64,000 nt of DNA from Candidatus Aenigmatarchaeota archaeon (GCA_963726265.1 CAVSBQ010000002.1:861795-925794), one strand, 5' to 3'. Counted from the stretch's first letter, positions 8,543 through 18,949 are shown. The notes: generated from the letters alone by a model not told the origin. Numbers and translations: made by a program.

Positions 8543-9862
8543 CTACTCCACCAGGTAATCCTCAAAATTTATCTTCATCGGCAGCTCGGGCCTGCTGAAG
8601 TCCTTGCCCTTCGAGACGAGCGGCTTGGTCAGGTCGAAGCCGACCTTCGTCGTCTCGCGCGTGGCCATGTCAGACGAAGGGTCGAGCGACGAGCCCTTCT
8701 CTTTCGTCTTTACTATCATGTTCTTGTCTGCTTGAAAGCGAGTAGCCATGGCCCATTCGATTTCGCTCGGGTTCTCGATGTCTATGTCGCCATCGACGAT
8801 GAAAACGTGCTTCATCGATGCGTGGCCCTTGAACGCGGCTTCGATTGCTTTGCGTCCGTCGTCGTCGTGCTTCTTGTGAATCTTGACCGCGCCGTGCAGC
8901 CACGAGCATCCGCCGGGAGTTATGTAGACGTCGAGGCATTCGCATACCTTGTTGACCTCGCGGAAAATCGTCGGCTCGCGCGGCATGCCCATGAGAATCT
9001 TGTGCTCCAGGTCGCCGGGCAGCAGCGCATGGAAAAGCGCTCCCTTGCGCGCATAGATTTTCTTGACGCGCACGACCGACTGCTTGCGGACGATGTCGAA
9101 AGTCTCGGTCAGGTCGAGGAACGGCCCTTCGTCCGCGAGCTCGCCGGTGAATTCGCATATCATGACTATTTCGCTTTCCGGGACGATGTGCCCGTCCAGT
9201 TCGACGACGTATCGTCTCATGCAGCGCGTTCGCAATCGCCAGCTCGTTCTTGCCCAGCTCCGCGGATATCGCCGCGCCGATAAGGACGGTCGTCGGATTG
9301 CCTATGCAGAAGGCGAATTCCTTCAGCCCGCGTTTCTGGTATTCATTCAGATGGCGTTCCAGGATGCGCAGCACCATTTTGTCCTTGCCGATAATCATTG
9401 CCCGATGATAGGACGCGTTTGTGCCATACTCGTTGTCCTTCGCGACCGCGATGCCGGACGCGATGTAAGGCCCGCCATCCTTTGGGTAGTAGGTCAGAAT
9501 CGGCAGCTTGGAAAGGTCGCATTCAAGTTCCTCATATGCCGCTTTCGCGATCTTTACGGCGGCTCCTTCGGATGGTCTATCGCATGCGTCAGCTTCGCTA
9601 TCAGCTCCTTCTTGTCGATCCCGAGGCCGAGGCAAACCAGGTCGCGCGTCGAGCAGACGTTCGATACGACGGGCATGCTGTGGCCTTTCACGTGCTCGAA
9701 AAGCACGGGCTTGCCATTGAGCTTCTTGACTATGGTCGATATCTCGTATTTGGTGTCGACCGGCTTCTTGATTCTCGTAAGCATACCTTTCTTGTCCAGC
9801 AAATCAACAAATTCCCTCATGTTCATCAAAATCACCTTAACCCTTTCAGGCTTTTCAGCCAT
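8543..9862 (-). CDS. UbiD-family (prenyl-FMN-dependent) decarboxylase, probably anhydromevalonate-phosphate decarboxylase; reading frame broken twice
   Basis: Three overlapping ORFs carry consecutive UbiD segments. 9554-9862: MAEKPERVKVILMNMREFVDLLDKKGML...PVLFEHVKG. N-part of 8670-9635: ...LPILTYYPKDGGPYIASGIAVAKD...FAFCIGNPT. 8543-9235: ...ITPGGCSWLHGAVK...FIVDGDIDIENPSEIEWAMATRFQ. Frame changes near 9560-9640 and 9180-9240. Confidence 0.7.
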
Positions 9863-9994
9863 CCGAATCCGATATTCATAGCCTTAATAGAGAAATTGGG
9901 TTTTTATTTTAAATTGTTAACAGACGCCAATCGTCGAGTTCTGGGTCTATTTTAAAGTATTTAAATACAAATTAGCTATTAAATAGTAATAATT

Positions 9995-11065
9995 ATGACG
10001 ATAATACTACCTTCCCACGATGAAAGCGTTATGCCGCTTACCTTAGGTCATGTTCTCAGGACTCCTAGCGAAGACTGGCCAAACTACGGCATAAGATGGG
10101 ATACGCCAACGGACTTCCAAAGGCTCGTTGAGTGGAGCAGGGGCGAATACATGAGGGAATGGGCTCAGGGAGATCCGACGCAAATAGAAGTTGTTGCAGA
10201 GGCTTCGAAAAGAGCTTTCAGCGGTAATGACAACAACCAGATTCTGAGAGAAAAGACGGGCGAAGTCGTTGCTAAACATCTTGAGATGCAGACGCAAAGC
10301 GGCAAAAGAGTTTTTTATGTCCTTGATGTCGGCGCGGGCGCCGGAGATTCTTTCATAACATTTTTGGACAAAGTCCCGAAAGACTTCAAAGGTGAAATAA
10401 CTGCTGTGCTTCTGGACCCGGCCGCAAAGCCACTGGGCAAAGCTGCTGAAAGGGTTGCTGGACGCGGAATCAAATACGTGATGCTTGAAGGAAGACAGGA
10501 CCAGATACCGGAGCTGTTTGCAAAATACCTTGATGGTAAGAAAATGTCAGCCGTTTTACAGGTTGGTTCTATACATCATGATTGCAACATCCCATTCCAG
10601 CATTTTTTTAATGTAATCGAAGATGACGGCATATTCGCATCCGGCGACTGGCATCCGCAGACGTGGCAGAATCCTGCTTACGTATTGAAAATGCTGGAAA
10701 CAAACTGGCCGGAACATGAACAGGCAATAGCACATTTCAAGAAAGTTTATGGTGTAAAAAATTCATCTTTACCGCGCGACGCCAAAGACAAGCAGGCGTG
10801 CAAGGATATATTCAGATTCTGGAAAGCTTACCACGATGGCCTGAGAGAAAGGGGAAGAGATCATGGCTCAAACAGCATATGGCCGTTTGAATCGCATCAG
10901 GACTTCAGGAGATATATTGAGAAAATGAAGGCCGCTGGATTTTCGACTGACGTTGATGGTTATCTTGGCGAGCTTCTGCATGAAACAGGAACTGCAAACC
11001 CTCAAAGTTTCTACAAAAACAGTACTGTTATAATGGGAACATACGGACACAGGTTATCGGTTTGA
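9995..11065 (+). CDS. class-I SAM-dependent methyltransferase-like protein
   Basis: VLDVGAGAGDSF motif-I-like Gly-rich loop followed by acidic residue patterns (VLLDPA..). 356 aa. Substrate unknown. Confidence 0.5.
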   Translation: MTIILPSHDESVMPLTLGHVLRTPSEDWPNYGIRWDTPTDFQRLVEWSRGEYMREWAQGDPTQIEVVAEASKRAFSGNDNNQILREKTGEVVAKHLEMQTQSGKRVFYVLDVGAGAGDSFITFLDKVPKDFKGEITAVLLDPAAKPLGKAAERVAGRGIKYVMLEGRQDQIPELFAKYLDGKKMSAVLQVGSIHHDCNIPFQHFFNVIEDDGIFASGDWHPQTWQNPAYVLKMLETNWPEHEQAIAHFKKVYGVKNSSLPRDAKDKQACKDIFRFWKAYHDGLRERGRDHGSNSIWPFESHQDFRRYIEKMKAAGFSTDVDGYLGELLHETGTANPQSFYKNSTVIMGTYGHRLSV

Positions 11066-11070
11066 AATAA

Positions 11071-12003
11071 TCAGACGCCGATTTCCGTCTTAAGCGTCCT
11101 GTAGCCTTTCGCTTCTATCGCCTTCGCGACCTTATCCTGCGTGGCCTTGCCGGGCGTAAGGATGATAACGTAGCCACCGCGTCCTGTGCCTGTTATTTTC
11201 GCTCCAGCAGCGCCGTTCGCCCTGGCAACGTTTATGATTTCCTCTGCCTGCCTGCATGAAAGGTTCATTTCCCTGAGCAGGTGGTGGTTCTCGTCCATGA
11301 GCTTGCCGAGTTTTTGTATGTCACCGCTCTCAAGGACGCCTCTCGCTTCCTTCACGATTTTCACGTAATCGCTGAATAGCTTCTCGTATTTCTTCGGGTC
11401 CGCTTCCTTCGCCTTTTTCACGTCCTCGACGACGAGCTTCGTCTCCTGGGAGATGCCAGTGTTGCCGAGCACGATTTCGATGGAATGTCTCGCCTTTATC
11501 AGCTCCATCCTGTTCTCGCCGCCTTTGAAATTCTTCTCGAACCACAGCAGGCCGCCGAAGGTCGCGCAGGTATTATCGATTCCGGAAGGCGTGCCTGCCG
11601 AACCTTTCTCGCCTTCGTAGGATATCCTGTTCACCTGCTCGTCGTCCAGGCCGAGTTTGAAATATTCCGAGAACGCGCGGGCGATGGACGTCGCCATAGC
11701 CGCGCTCGCCCCTATGCCGCTCGTGCAGAAAAGGTTGCCAGAAAGCGTGATTTTCATCGGCGTTTTAACAGGGTCGATTTTCATGAAGTCGAAAATGAGC
11801 TTCATGGAGCGCTCCATCTCGTCCTTCTTCATCATCTTGTAGCCGTCTGTCGCCGGCCGCTTGTCCACGAGCTCGAATTTCTTCGCCTTCTCGATATTCG
11901 CGATGGTTTTATCGCCTATCGCCGAAGCTATCGCTGGCAGGCCATACACCACGAAATGCTCTCCGAACAAAATGATTTTTCCGAAACCATAACCTTCTGC
12001 CAT
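11071..12003 (-). CDS. mvk: mevalonate kinase (GHMP kinase family)
   Basis: GKIILFGEHFVVYG...TSGIGASAAMATSIARAF...GKITGTGRGG, canonical MVK motifs. Confidence 0.85.
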   Translation of the reverse strand: MAEGYGFGKIILFGEHFVVYGLPAIASAIGDKTIANIEKAKKFELVDKRPATDGYKMMKKDEMERSMKLIFDFMKIDPVKTPMKITLSGNLFCTSGIGASAAMATSIARAFSEYFKLGLDDEQVNRISYEGEKGSAGTPSGIDNTCATFGGLLWFEKNFKGGENRMELIKARHSIEIVLGNTGISQETKLVVEDVKKAKEADPKKYEKLFSDYVKIVKEARGVLESGDIQKLGKLMDENHHLLREMNLSCRQAEEIINVARANGAAGAKITGTGRGGYVIILTPGKATQDKVAKAIEAKGYRTLKTEIGV

Positions 12004-12086
12004 GACATCACCCCATCAGAGATATGTTAATGCACAATATTTCAAATATTTAAGCACGCAGTTTAAAAATAACTAATTGTGATTTC

Positions 12087-12263
12087 ATGGTTGCGGTAAC
12101 GGACAAAAACAAGTGCCTGAGATGCGGCGGATGTGTGGCGGTGTGCTCGAAGCTCGCGCTGAACCTGACGGAGCACGGCATAACCTGCGACGCGAAGAGA
12201 TGCATCAACTGCGCGGCCTGCGTGAACTTCTGCCCTGTCGAGGCCATGAGCCTGAAGAAGTAG
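12087..12263 (+). CDS. 2x[4Fe-4S] ferredoxin (58 aa)
   Basis: Manual translation MVAVTDKNKCLRCGGCVAVC...CDAKRCINCAACVNFCP has two CxxCxxCxxxCP motifs. Not in the ORF track (under 60 aa). Confidence 0.6.
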   Translation: MVAVTDKNKCLRCGGCVAVCSKLALNLTEHGITCDAKRCINCAACVNFCPVEAMSLKK

Positions 12264-12307
12264 GCGAATAGGCAAGCTTATTTTAAATTACAAACGAAGA
12301 ATTCTAC

Positions 12308-12718
12308 ATGATGCGCAAAGTGCTCGTGGGCGGCGTTTTCAACATCGTCCATCCAGGCCACGTCTTCTTCCTGAAGAAAGCGAAGGAGCTCGGCGATTAT
12401 CTCGTCGTGGTGATAGCGAATGACAAGACCGCCGCCAGGACGAAGCAATACGCCGTGCGCGGCCAGGAGGAAAGGAAGCGGGACGTCGAGAAACTGGGCA
12501 TAGCCAACAAGGTCGTGATAGGCGACGCAAGCGACTTCATGAAGGTCGTCCGGGAAGAGAAGCCGGACATAATAGCGCTCGGCTACGACCAGAGGATGAA
12601 CGAATACGAGCTGAAATGGATGCTCGCGCAGAGCGGCGTAAGGTGCGCGATATTCAGGATAAAGCAGAACCTGAGGGGTTACAAGACAAGCAGACTTATA
12701 AAAAAGAACAAAAAATAG
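12308..12718 (+). CDS. cytidylyltransferase-fold nucleotidyltransferase, RibL-like FAD synthase
   Basis: VLVGGVFNIVHPGHVFFLKKAKELGDYLVVVIAND has the (H/T)xGH motif. Size and architecture match archaeal RibL. Confidence 0.55.
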   Translation: MMRKVLVGGVFNIVHPGHVFFLKKAKELGDYLVVVIANDKTAARTKQYAVRGQEERKRDVEKLGIANKVVIGDASDFMKVVREEKPDIIALGYDQRMNEYELKWMLAQSGVRCAIFRIKQNLRGYKTSRLIKKNKK

Positions 12719-12891
12719 CAAGAGATTTACATGTTCTCTTCTTCTTCCTCTGATGGATCTTCGTCATCAAAGGGTTTTTCAGGAAAATCGTCGTCATCAA
12801 AGCGCAAACAAATCACCCAAATTTATTTAATATTGAACGGCATGGGTATTTAAGATTTTTGATTGTCTAGTCTCGCTTGTCGCAGAGCCGC

Positions 12892-13287
12892 TTATCTCGC
12901 CTGCTTTATCATTTTCCTGCTGCCTATTTCCCAGTATTCGACTTCCCCGCCCGCCTGGACCCTGTCCTTCAAGTCGGCAGGTATTTCGACCTCGAACATC
13001 GAGTAGTCCTCAAGGTCCATGAGCTGTGCCATGTTGCCCGTTATCGACACGACCTGTGCCCCCCTTTTCAGGATTATGGGGATGCTGCACGCAGCCGACG
13101 TGGGCTTCATGAGAGTTCGCTTTTTATCGTCGAACACGCCGACTGCTTCGACTCTCGCTTTAGTCGCGCCGTGCTTTCCGGGTTTTGACGTAGCTGTCTT
13201 CGTGACCTTGCACGGCTCGCCGTCTATCATCACATATGACCCGGGTTTCAAATCCTTTACTACTCCTACCTTTTCCGCCATGAACAA
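12892..13287 (-). CDS. eif5a: translation initiation factor 5A (aIF5A)
   Basis: TKTATSKPGKHGATKARVEAVGVFD hypusine loop; C-terminal OB-domain sequence. Confidence 0.85.
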   Translation of the reverse strand: MFMAEKVGVVKDLKPGSYVMIDGEPCKVTKTATSKPGKHGATKARVEAVGVFDDKKRTLMKPTSAACSIPIILKRGAQVVSITGNMAQLMDLEDYSMFEVEIPADLKDRVQAGGEVEYWEIGSRKMIKQAR

Positions 13288-13439
13288 CCCTCACCTTTTT
13301 AATGTAGTTATTATTGTAATGTTATTATAATAAATAATTTTGCCAGGCTGGCCTTCCTGCGTTTCTCCGGCATCGTCCCGCGAGAACAGGCATAATGTAA
13401 CCACTTGGCAAAAGTGAATATATACACTGAAATATCGAA

Positions 13440-13509
13440 ATCTTTATAAAGGAGTAAACTATAAGATATATTAACGTTTGGACTTATATAATCACTTGAA
13501 GGGAGTAAA
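13440..13509 (+). promoter_or_regulatory. AT-rich promoter region of tfb with TATA-like boxes (ctttataaagg at 13442; acttatataatc at 13482)
   Basis: Sharp AT-rich tract in a high-GC genome immediately upstream of the TFB start codon; spacing is compatible with a short-leader or leaderless archaeal promoter. Confidence 0.4.
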
Positions 13510-14472
13510 ATGCCCGCAAAAATGCCTGCAAAACATGACGAAAAAAAGCAAAAATGCCCTGAGTGCAATTCTACTAACCTGAAATATGATTCTTCCAGAG
13601 GTGAAATGACGTGCGCGGATTGCGGCCTCGTCATTAATTCTTCTATGATCGACACGACCCAGGAATGGAGAGCGTTCGACGACAGCCAGCGCTCGCGACG
13701 TGTGAGAACGGGCGCTCCGCTGACGGTGACGAAGCACGACCAGGGCCTGACGACTGAGATAGGCAAGGGGCGCGGCGAGCTGTTCAAGGTCGCGGCGAAA
13801 AAGCGCGCGCAATATTACAGGCTTTCCAAGTGGCACAAGAGGCTGATAAAATCGAAAGACCGCAACTTGTCCTTCGCGTTCTCCGAGTTGCAGAGGCTCA
13901 TTTCTTACCTGAACCTTTCGCAAGCGGTCCACGAGAAGGTCGCGAAGCTTTACGAAAGGGCGGTTGAGAAAGGTCTCGTCCGCGGACGCTCGACCGAGTC
14001 GATAATAGCCGCGCTGCTCTACACTACCTGTAGAGAGGAAGGCGCTCCGCGAACGCTGGACGAGATTTCCAAGGCTTCAGGCATCCCCAAGAGGGACATA
14101 GGAAAAACGTATCGTTATATTTCAAGGAAGCTCGACATCCGCATACTTCCCGCGAAACCCCAGGATTACATACCGAGATTCGGCTCGCTTCTTGGCCTCG
14201 ACGAAATTATCCAGGTGAAGGCGGTCAAGGTCCTCGACGAGGCGATGAAGCACGACGTGACGAGCGGGAAAGGTCCGATCGGCGTCGCGGCTGCGGCGTT
14301 GTACATCGCTGCGGTCCTCGAAGGCAAGAAAAAGACGCAGCGCGAGGTCGCGGATGCGATAGGCGTGACCGAAGTCACAATTCGAAATCGTTACAAGGAA
14401 ATAGTCGAGCGCCTCGGCATAAAGGACGAGGTCGAGGAAAAGGTCAAGGAAGACGAGGAACTGCTCGATTAA
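13510..14472 (+). CDS. tfb: transcription initiation factor IIB (TFB)
   Basis: N-terminal zinc ribbon CPECNS...CADCG, B-finger, and two cyclin repeats (…SFAFSELQRL…IAAALYTTCR…). Confidence 0.9.
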   Translation: MPAKMPAKHDEKKQKCPECNSTNLKYDSSRGEMTCADCGLVINSSMIDTTQEWRAFDDSQRSRRVRTGAPLTVTKHDQGLTTEIGKGRGELFKVAAKKRAQYYRLSKWHKRLIKSKDRNLSFAFSELQRLISYLNLSQAVHEKVAKLYERAVEKGLVRGRSTESIIAALLYTTCREEGAPRTLDEISKASGIPKRDIGKTYRYISRKLDIRILPAKPQDYIPRFGSLLGLDEIIQVKAVKVLDEAMKHDVTSGKGPIGVAAAALYIAAVLEGKKKTQREVADAIGVTEVTIRNRYKEIVERLGIKDEVEEKVKEDEELLD

Positions 14473-14484
14473 ACTCGTTCGCCC

Positions 14485-15558
14485 CTAATTATTCTTGCGT
14501 CTTAAAATTCCGGCAATTTCCCTTACAGTGGCGTCTGTTTTTACTGCCGTAAGGCACATGTGCGTCCTGGACGCCTCGAAGCCCTTTGACCTCAGGCTTT
14601 CTATGATATCATCGATTTTCGGAGGGCTCGCCTTCAGCGACTGCGCCACCATGTGCACGTCGTAATAGAAAGGATGGTCTATCTCCTCCGCAGAAAGTTT
14701 TATCTCTTTTTCGCCCTGGAATTCGAACGACTCCAGCAAACGTTTGCAGAACTCGCGATCCTGGATTTCCCCGGTCCATAGCGGGCCGATGTGCTTCATT
14801 TCGCTTCTGCAGTTATCGCAGCGGCTCTCTACGCCGATTTTTTTGTTGTGGCATTTCGGGCAGTACGAGACCATGCTTATCTTTGCCATTCCCTTTTCAG
14901 CGCCATACGAAACCCTTCCGATAACGCGGAAGTAATGGTTCGCGTGCGAATACAGGGGCTCGAAGCTCATGTCGTGCGTCGCGAGGTTCTTGATAATAGA
15001 GGTTATCAGGACGCGGATGCCCAGTTCTTTCGGGAAGTCGGTTTCCGTCACGAACACGCCGTAGCGCCTGAAGCACGCGGAAGCGAACTTCCCTGACAGC
15101 GCGCCCGAGTCCGTCGCGGTCACGCCGAGCAGCGAGGCCTTCCTGAGTGAATAAGAGACGCTTCTCAGGAACTTGATGGGCGAGCCGAACGGGTCGATGT
15201 CAACGAAATTGAACCTTCTTTTTTCGAGGAAAAGCTCGTTCGCGTCCTTGCTGGAGATTTCGTAAGATGACTTCTTTATTTTGTTAAGCGCGAGATTCTT
15301 GCGGAGAAGCTTTATGGCGGCAGGGCTGACATCGTTGAACATAACGCTGGCGACGCCCGCTTCCTTTAACAGGCGAATTCCGCGCACGCCTGTCGCCGCG
15401 AGCGGGTCGAGAACGTCTTTCGCCCCGGCGAGCCTGACGATTGCGACGGTCACGTTCCTCTGGTGCTCCATCGCCGGGTTGTAGAACGTCTCCGACGCCT
15501 TCGTCAGCGATTCGTCGGGAACGTAAAGTTTCGCTTTTCCTTCTACGGTCTTTTTCAT
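14485..15558 (-). CDS. trm1: tRNA (guanine26-N2)-dimethyltransferase Trm1
   Basis: FYNPAMEHQRN...LDPLAATGVRGIR...VDIDPFGSP...C-terminal CPKCHNK...CDNC zinc module. Start placed at internal MKKTVEG. Confidence 0.8.
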   Translation of the reverse strand: MKKTVEGKAKLYVPDESLTKASETFYNPAMEHQRNVTVAIVRLAGAKDVLDPLAATGVRGIRLLKEAGVASVMFNDVSPAAIKLLRKNLALNKIKKSSYEISSKDANELFLEKRRFNFVDIDPFGSPIKFLRSVSYSLRKASLLGVTATDSGALSGKFASACFRRYGVFVTETDFPKELGIRVLITSIIKNLATHDMSFEPLYSHANHYFRVIGRVSYGAEKGMAKISMVSYCPKCHNKKIGVESRCDNCRSEMKHIGPLWTGEIQDREFCKRLLESFEFQGEKEIKLSAEEIDHPFYYDVHMVAQSLKASPPKIDDIIESLRSKGFEASRTHMCLTAVKTDATVREIAGILRRKNN

Positions 15559-15601
15559 AGGAAATTTTTGAAAGCAGACAATAAAAACATAAAAAGAAAG
15601 A

Positions 15602-15675
15602 TGGGGCAAGTGGGATTTGAACCCACGACCTATCGGTCTTCAGCCGAGCGCTCTCCCGGGCTGAGCTATTGCCCC
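15602..15675 (-). tRNA. tRNA-Phe (anticodon GAA)
   Basis: Reverse complement GGGGCAATAGCTCAGCCCGGGAGAGCGCTCGGCTGAAGACCGATAGGTCGTGGGTTCAAATCCCACTTGCCCCA folds as a cloverleaf (7-bp acceptor, GTTCAAATC T-loop), with anticodon loop CTGAAGA. Confidence 0.8.
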
Positions 15676-15712
15676 CCGTATAACCATAATATTCTGGCAG
15701 GCAATTTAAAAA

Positions 15713-15991
15713 TCAATACGTGACCACTTTTATGCTGCGGTCTTCCTGCTGTATCTTGTATATCTTGCCCGCCCTGAACCTGCCTATGACGCTTTCCAGC
15801 GCCTTTTCCATTTCCTGGTAATGCTCGGGGCACAAATAGAGCGAAATTATGTCCCTTTTCTTGGCCGTGTGCATGTCTATCTGGTATATCAGCATCTCCT
15901 TCGACGGCTTCCTGCCGCATTCCCTGAAGTTGCAGCTCGTCCTGAGAAGGCGGATGTTGCAGTGCCTGTCGACAAGCTCGAAGAGCTCCAT
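15713..15991 (-). CDS. hypothetical small protein (92 aa) between the two tRNA genes
   Basis: ORF only; Cys/His-containing (CNIRLLRTSCNFRECG...CPEHYQ). No family recognised. Confidence 0.3.
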   Translation of the reverse strand: MELFELVDRHCNIRLLRTSCNFRECGRKPSKEMLIYQIDMHTAKKRDIISLYLCPEHYQEMEKALESVIGRFRAGKIYKIQQEDRSIKVVTY

Positions 15992-16122
15992 GTTAAGTTA
16001 TTGGGCTAAAGCTTGAAAAACGTTTCAGAAGCAGCAGGCTGACGCAGGCTTGCCTGCGCTTAAATCGATTGAAACAGGCAGGGCCTGTTTCTTTCGCTCG
16101 TCACGTCCCGGGCAGGGAACGA

Positions 16123-16194
16123 CGTCCCGAGCAGGGTTCGAACCTGCGACCTATCGGTTAACAGCCGATCGCTCTACCACTGAGCTATCGGGAC
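16123..16194 (-). tRNA. tRNA-Asn (anticodon GTT)
   Basis: Reverse complement GTCCCGATAGCTCAGTGGTAGAGCGATCGGCTGTTAACCGATAGGTCGCAGGTTCGAACCCTGCTCGGGACG. Cloverleaf with anticodon loop CTGTTAA. Confidence 0.8.
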
Positions 16195-16257
16195 AATACT
16201 AAAGTTTAACCAGCGCCAGAAATAAAAAGGTTTTTCATTCCCTTTGCAAAATCCTTT

Positions 16258-17367
16258 CTAAGGCAAGAAGTCCTGCTGCCTGATTTTTTCGGGCAGGTAT
16301 GTCTCGGAGATGAACCTTATCCCCTTCGCCGACAGCGCTTCTAACTCGAGCTTGTAGCCGAAATGTAGCATGTTCTTGAGCTCCTTCTGCCATTCCTTGG
16401 GCTTGAACCAGACGTATTGCATGAGCTCTTTCGTGCGCTTGATGTCGAGGTTGTTCATCTTTATCGTGACGTTGTGAGGTATGCCGAATTTTTCGACGTC
16501 GAGCGTCGTGAGCCCGATGTATTTCGCGTCAGGCGTGCCCAGCCGGTCTGACAGGAAGGAAAGATTGATGGAGCCCTGCTTGATGACCGAGTAAATATAA
16601 TAGCCGTAGCAGTCGGCGTCGCACAGCACGTATACGGGCAGCTTGTGTTCAATATGGAGCCGGTTGACGAGGCGGCGCGTCCCGCGCGCGGGCTGGCCCT
16701 TGCCGGTTATGATGAGGCAGTTGTGCTTCTTCCAGAACTTGTCTTCATTGAGGCGCTGCCAGACGGCGTCTTTCTCTATGACCAGGACGTAGTCTGCCTT
16801 GACGTCCTCGAACCGGATGATGTCGCTCTCGACGTTGCTCGGGATCGCCCAGCCGGAGCTGCCCATCTTGGCGCAGTTTATCCTGTCGCCCATGTCGTTT
16901 AGGACGACGTTGCCCGCCATGTAGCCCTTGCGATCGGCCTTGAGGCTGAGGTTTTCCCTGAGCGTGTTGAGCATCGCCTCAAGGTCCTCGATGACGGGGT
17001 CGCTCTCGTCCTGCTCCTCGAACGTGTTTTCCCTCGTCCCTGGAATTGTGCGCTTGAGCGCGTAGTAAAGGTCACGAATCGACGTGGTAACGCCCTGCCT
17101 GCGTATGTTCTTGCATTCCGCGGCGACCATCAGCGTCTGCATGAACTTCTTGGTGTGCGCGGCGTTCAGGTAGAAGCGCTCGCTCTTCTTTTCGCCCAGC
17201 TGGATAAGGCCGTTCTTCTCGTCAAAATATATGTTCGAGAGTGACCTGACCGGCAGCTCTAGCTTTGGGTTTTCCTGCCTTTCTATCTGGCGCAGGACGT
17301 TCTTTCCCAGTTCCTGCAGCTTTTGCGCTTCCTTCCTTTCCTTCTCCGCCTTCGCTTTCTCCATCAT
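16258..17367 (-). CDS. top6A: DNA topoisomerase VI subunit A (Spo11 homologue)
   Basis: Winged-helix plus Toprim: …SNIYFDEK…[10 protein letters not shown]… …[13 protein letters not shown]…[15 protein letters not shown]. Confidence 0.9.
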   Translation of the reverse strand: MMEKAKAEKERKEAQKLQELGKNVLRQIERQENPKLELPVRSLSNIYFDEKNGLIQLGEKKSERFYLNAAHTKKFMQTLMVAAECKNIRRQGVTTSIRDLYYALKRTIPGTRENTFEEQDESDPVIEDLEAMLNTLRENLSLKADRKGYMAGNVVLNDMGDRINCAKMGSSGWAIPSNVESDIIRFEDVKADYVLVIEKDAVWQRLNEDKFWKKHNCLIITGKGQPARGTRRLVNRLHIEHKLPVYVLCDADCYGYYIYSVIKQGSINLSFLSDRLGTPDAKYIGLTTLDVEKFGIPHNVTIKMNNLDIKRTKELMQYVWFKPKEWQKELKNMLHFGYKLELEALSAKGIRFISETYLPEKIRQQDFLP

Positions 17368-18949
17368 CTTCCTCCGTTATTTTATGCCTTTTCGAATTTA
17401 TGAGCTCGAAAATCTCCTGCTTTATTTTCTCCTTGTTCTCTTCAGTGAGCTCTGAAATAGCATTCGCAGTCTCGTCCGCATAGCGCTCGAAGGTCTGCAT
17501 CCTCTGCTGGTGGTATTCGCTTTTGCGCTTACCGGAAAGGTAAAGCCCCAGCTTACGCGAGCATTCCTGCAGCGCTAGTTTTATTTCCTTGATTATGACC
17601 GGATAACTCGCGATTGCCTCCTTCGATTCGGAGGTGAACGGCACCCACACTGAAAACAGGTGGACGAATATCGCGACCGGCTCGGGGTTCTCGGCCGAGG
17701 TCTTCATGAAATTCGCGAGGCCGTATCTCCTCCATTCGATGTCAGAAATCGACTTCGTGATAGCGCAATCCCCTTGCTGATATAACAGCGGCACGCGGTT
17801 CGCGAACCTCATGACTTTCGGCTCCGTGATCGCGCCTGCGTAGGCGATGCCCACCTCGACTTGGAAGGGCCATCCCCTGTAGACCTCGGGAGGCCTGGTC
17901 ACGGCATCGACCCACTCCGGCCTGAATTCCTTTTCGAGGCTTTTCTTGATGACGTCCTCGCCGAGAGGCGACAGGCAGTCCGTCGGCGGCTTGAGCAGCT
18001 TCACGCCCTTTATGACCTCCACGATCCTGCGCGCCTCCTCGTCCGTGATTCTCCGCGGCTTCCTCGTCTCCTCTATGACCGCCCGCGTGCATATGTCCTT
18101 CGCCGTAACCCTTCCGACCTTGGTGAACTCGCTGGTCAGGAAGCTGGCGAAGGTCCGCGCCTTCGTGTCGCGAAGCATGCGGGTGAAAACGCCGAACTCG
18201 ACGCCGTGCAGGTGTGGCATTATCTCCTTCGGCTCGCGCGGCAGGTGGCCGACCGCGTTCTCGTACACGCTTTCCACGCCGTCCGGCGCCACGAAAGTTA
18301 TCTTCGCGTGCGGGTTCACTATCGCGGTCTGCCTTATGTATTCGGGTATCGACTGCCTGTAATCCCTGTAAATGCCCTCGGTCATGAACCTCAGCGCAAC
18401 GCCGGTCGCGAATCTCATTTTGGCCCCCTGCAGGCTGTCTTTTTCCGTGGTGGAGCTTTCAACTATGATGGGCTCGTTCTTGCGCACGTCTATCTTTATC
18501 TTGTACTGGTGCAGCTTTCCGTTGCCTGTCGAGCTGAATATTTCGAGCGGCTCCCCGGTAGTAAGCTGCGTGTAAAGCGTCGCAGCGGAGACGCCTATGC
18601 CTTGCTGGCCGCGGCTCTGGCGGAGCCTGTGGAACTTCGAGCCGTAGAGCAGCTTCCCGAAAATCCTGGGTATCTGCTTCTCGACGATGCCGGGCCCGTT
18701 GTCCTCGATTATTATCTCGTATTTCTCGGGGGCGAGCTCCTTCACGCTCACGAAAATTTCCGGCAGCATGCCCGCCTCTTCGGTCGCGTCGAGCGCGTTG
18801 TCGACGCCTTCCTTGACTATCATGAGAAGCGCTTTCGCCTTGTTGTCGTAGCCGAGGAGATGGCGGTTCTTCTCGAAGAACTCGGATACCGAAATCTCGC
18901 GCTGCTCCTTGGCCATGTCTTCAGCTTTCTTCATCCTTCCCTTCCTCAA
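17222..18949 (-). CDS. top6B: DNA topoisomerase VI subunit B (GHKL ATPase)
   Basis: …[11 protein letters not shown]…IEDNGPGI…[10 protein letters not shown]… Bergerat-fold motifs, transducer domain. The C-terminal Lys/Gly-rich tail overlaps top6A by 146 nt. Confidence 0.9.
   Translation of the reverse strand: MRKGRMKKAEDMAKEQREISVSEFFEKNRHLLGYDNKAKALLMIVKEGVDNALDATEEAGMLPEIFVSVKELAPEKYEIIIEDNGPGIVEKQIPRIFGKLLYGSKFHRLRQSRGQQGIGVSAATLYTQLTTGEPLEIFSSTGNGKLHQYKIKIDVRKNEPIIVESSTTEKDSLQGAKMRFATGVALRFMTEGIYRDYRQSIPEYIRQTAIVNPHAKITFVAPDGVESVYENAVGHLPREPKEIMPHLHGVEFGVFTRMLRDTKARTFASFLTSEFTKVGRVTAKDICTRAVIEETRKPRRITDEEARRIVEVIKGVKLLKPPTDCLSPLGEDVIKKSLEKEFRPEWVDAVTRPPEVYRGWPFQVEVGIAYAGAITEPKVMRFANRVPLLYQQGDCAITKSISDIEWRRYGLANFMKTSAENPEPVAIFVHLFSVWVPFTSESKEAIASYPVIIKEIKLALQECSRKLGLYLSGKRKSEYHQQRMQTFERYADETANAISELTEENKEKIKQEIFELINSKRHKITEEDDGESEGGEGKEGSAKAAGTGKERPAPDRKAGKPKARAAGQVTLEHIF

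Noticed and set aside
8174-9283. 369-aa + strand ORF and other long ORFs (9063-9881, 9398-9955) across the UbiD-like locus
   Set aside because: They overlap a gene whose three reverse-strand fragments together reconstruct a conserved UbiD sequence. The forward-strand products have no motifs.
12721-12890. Short direct repeat tcgtcatcaaag x2 in the spacer after the RibL-like gene
   Set aside because: Only 12 nt, within an intergenic region with no associated ORF or structure; likely chance.
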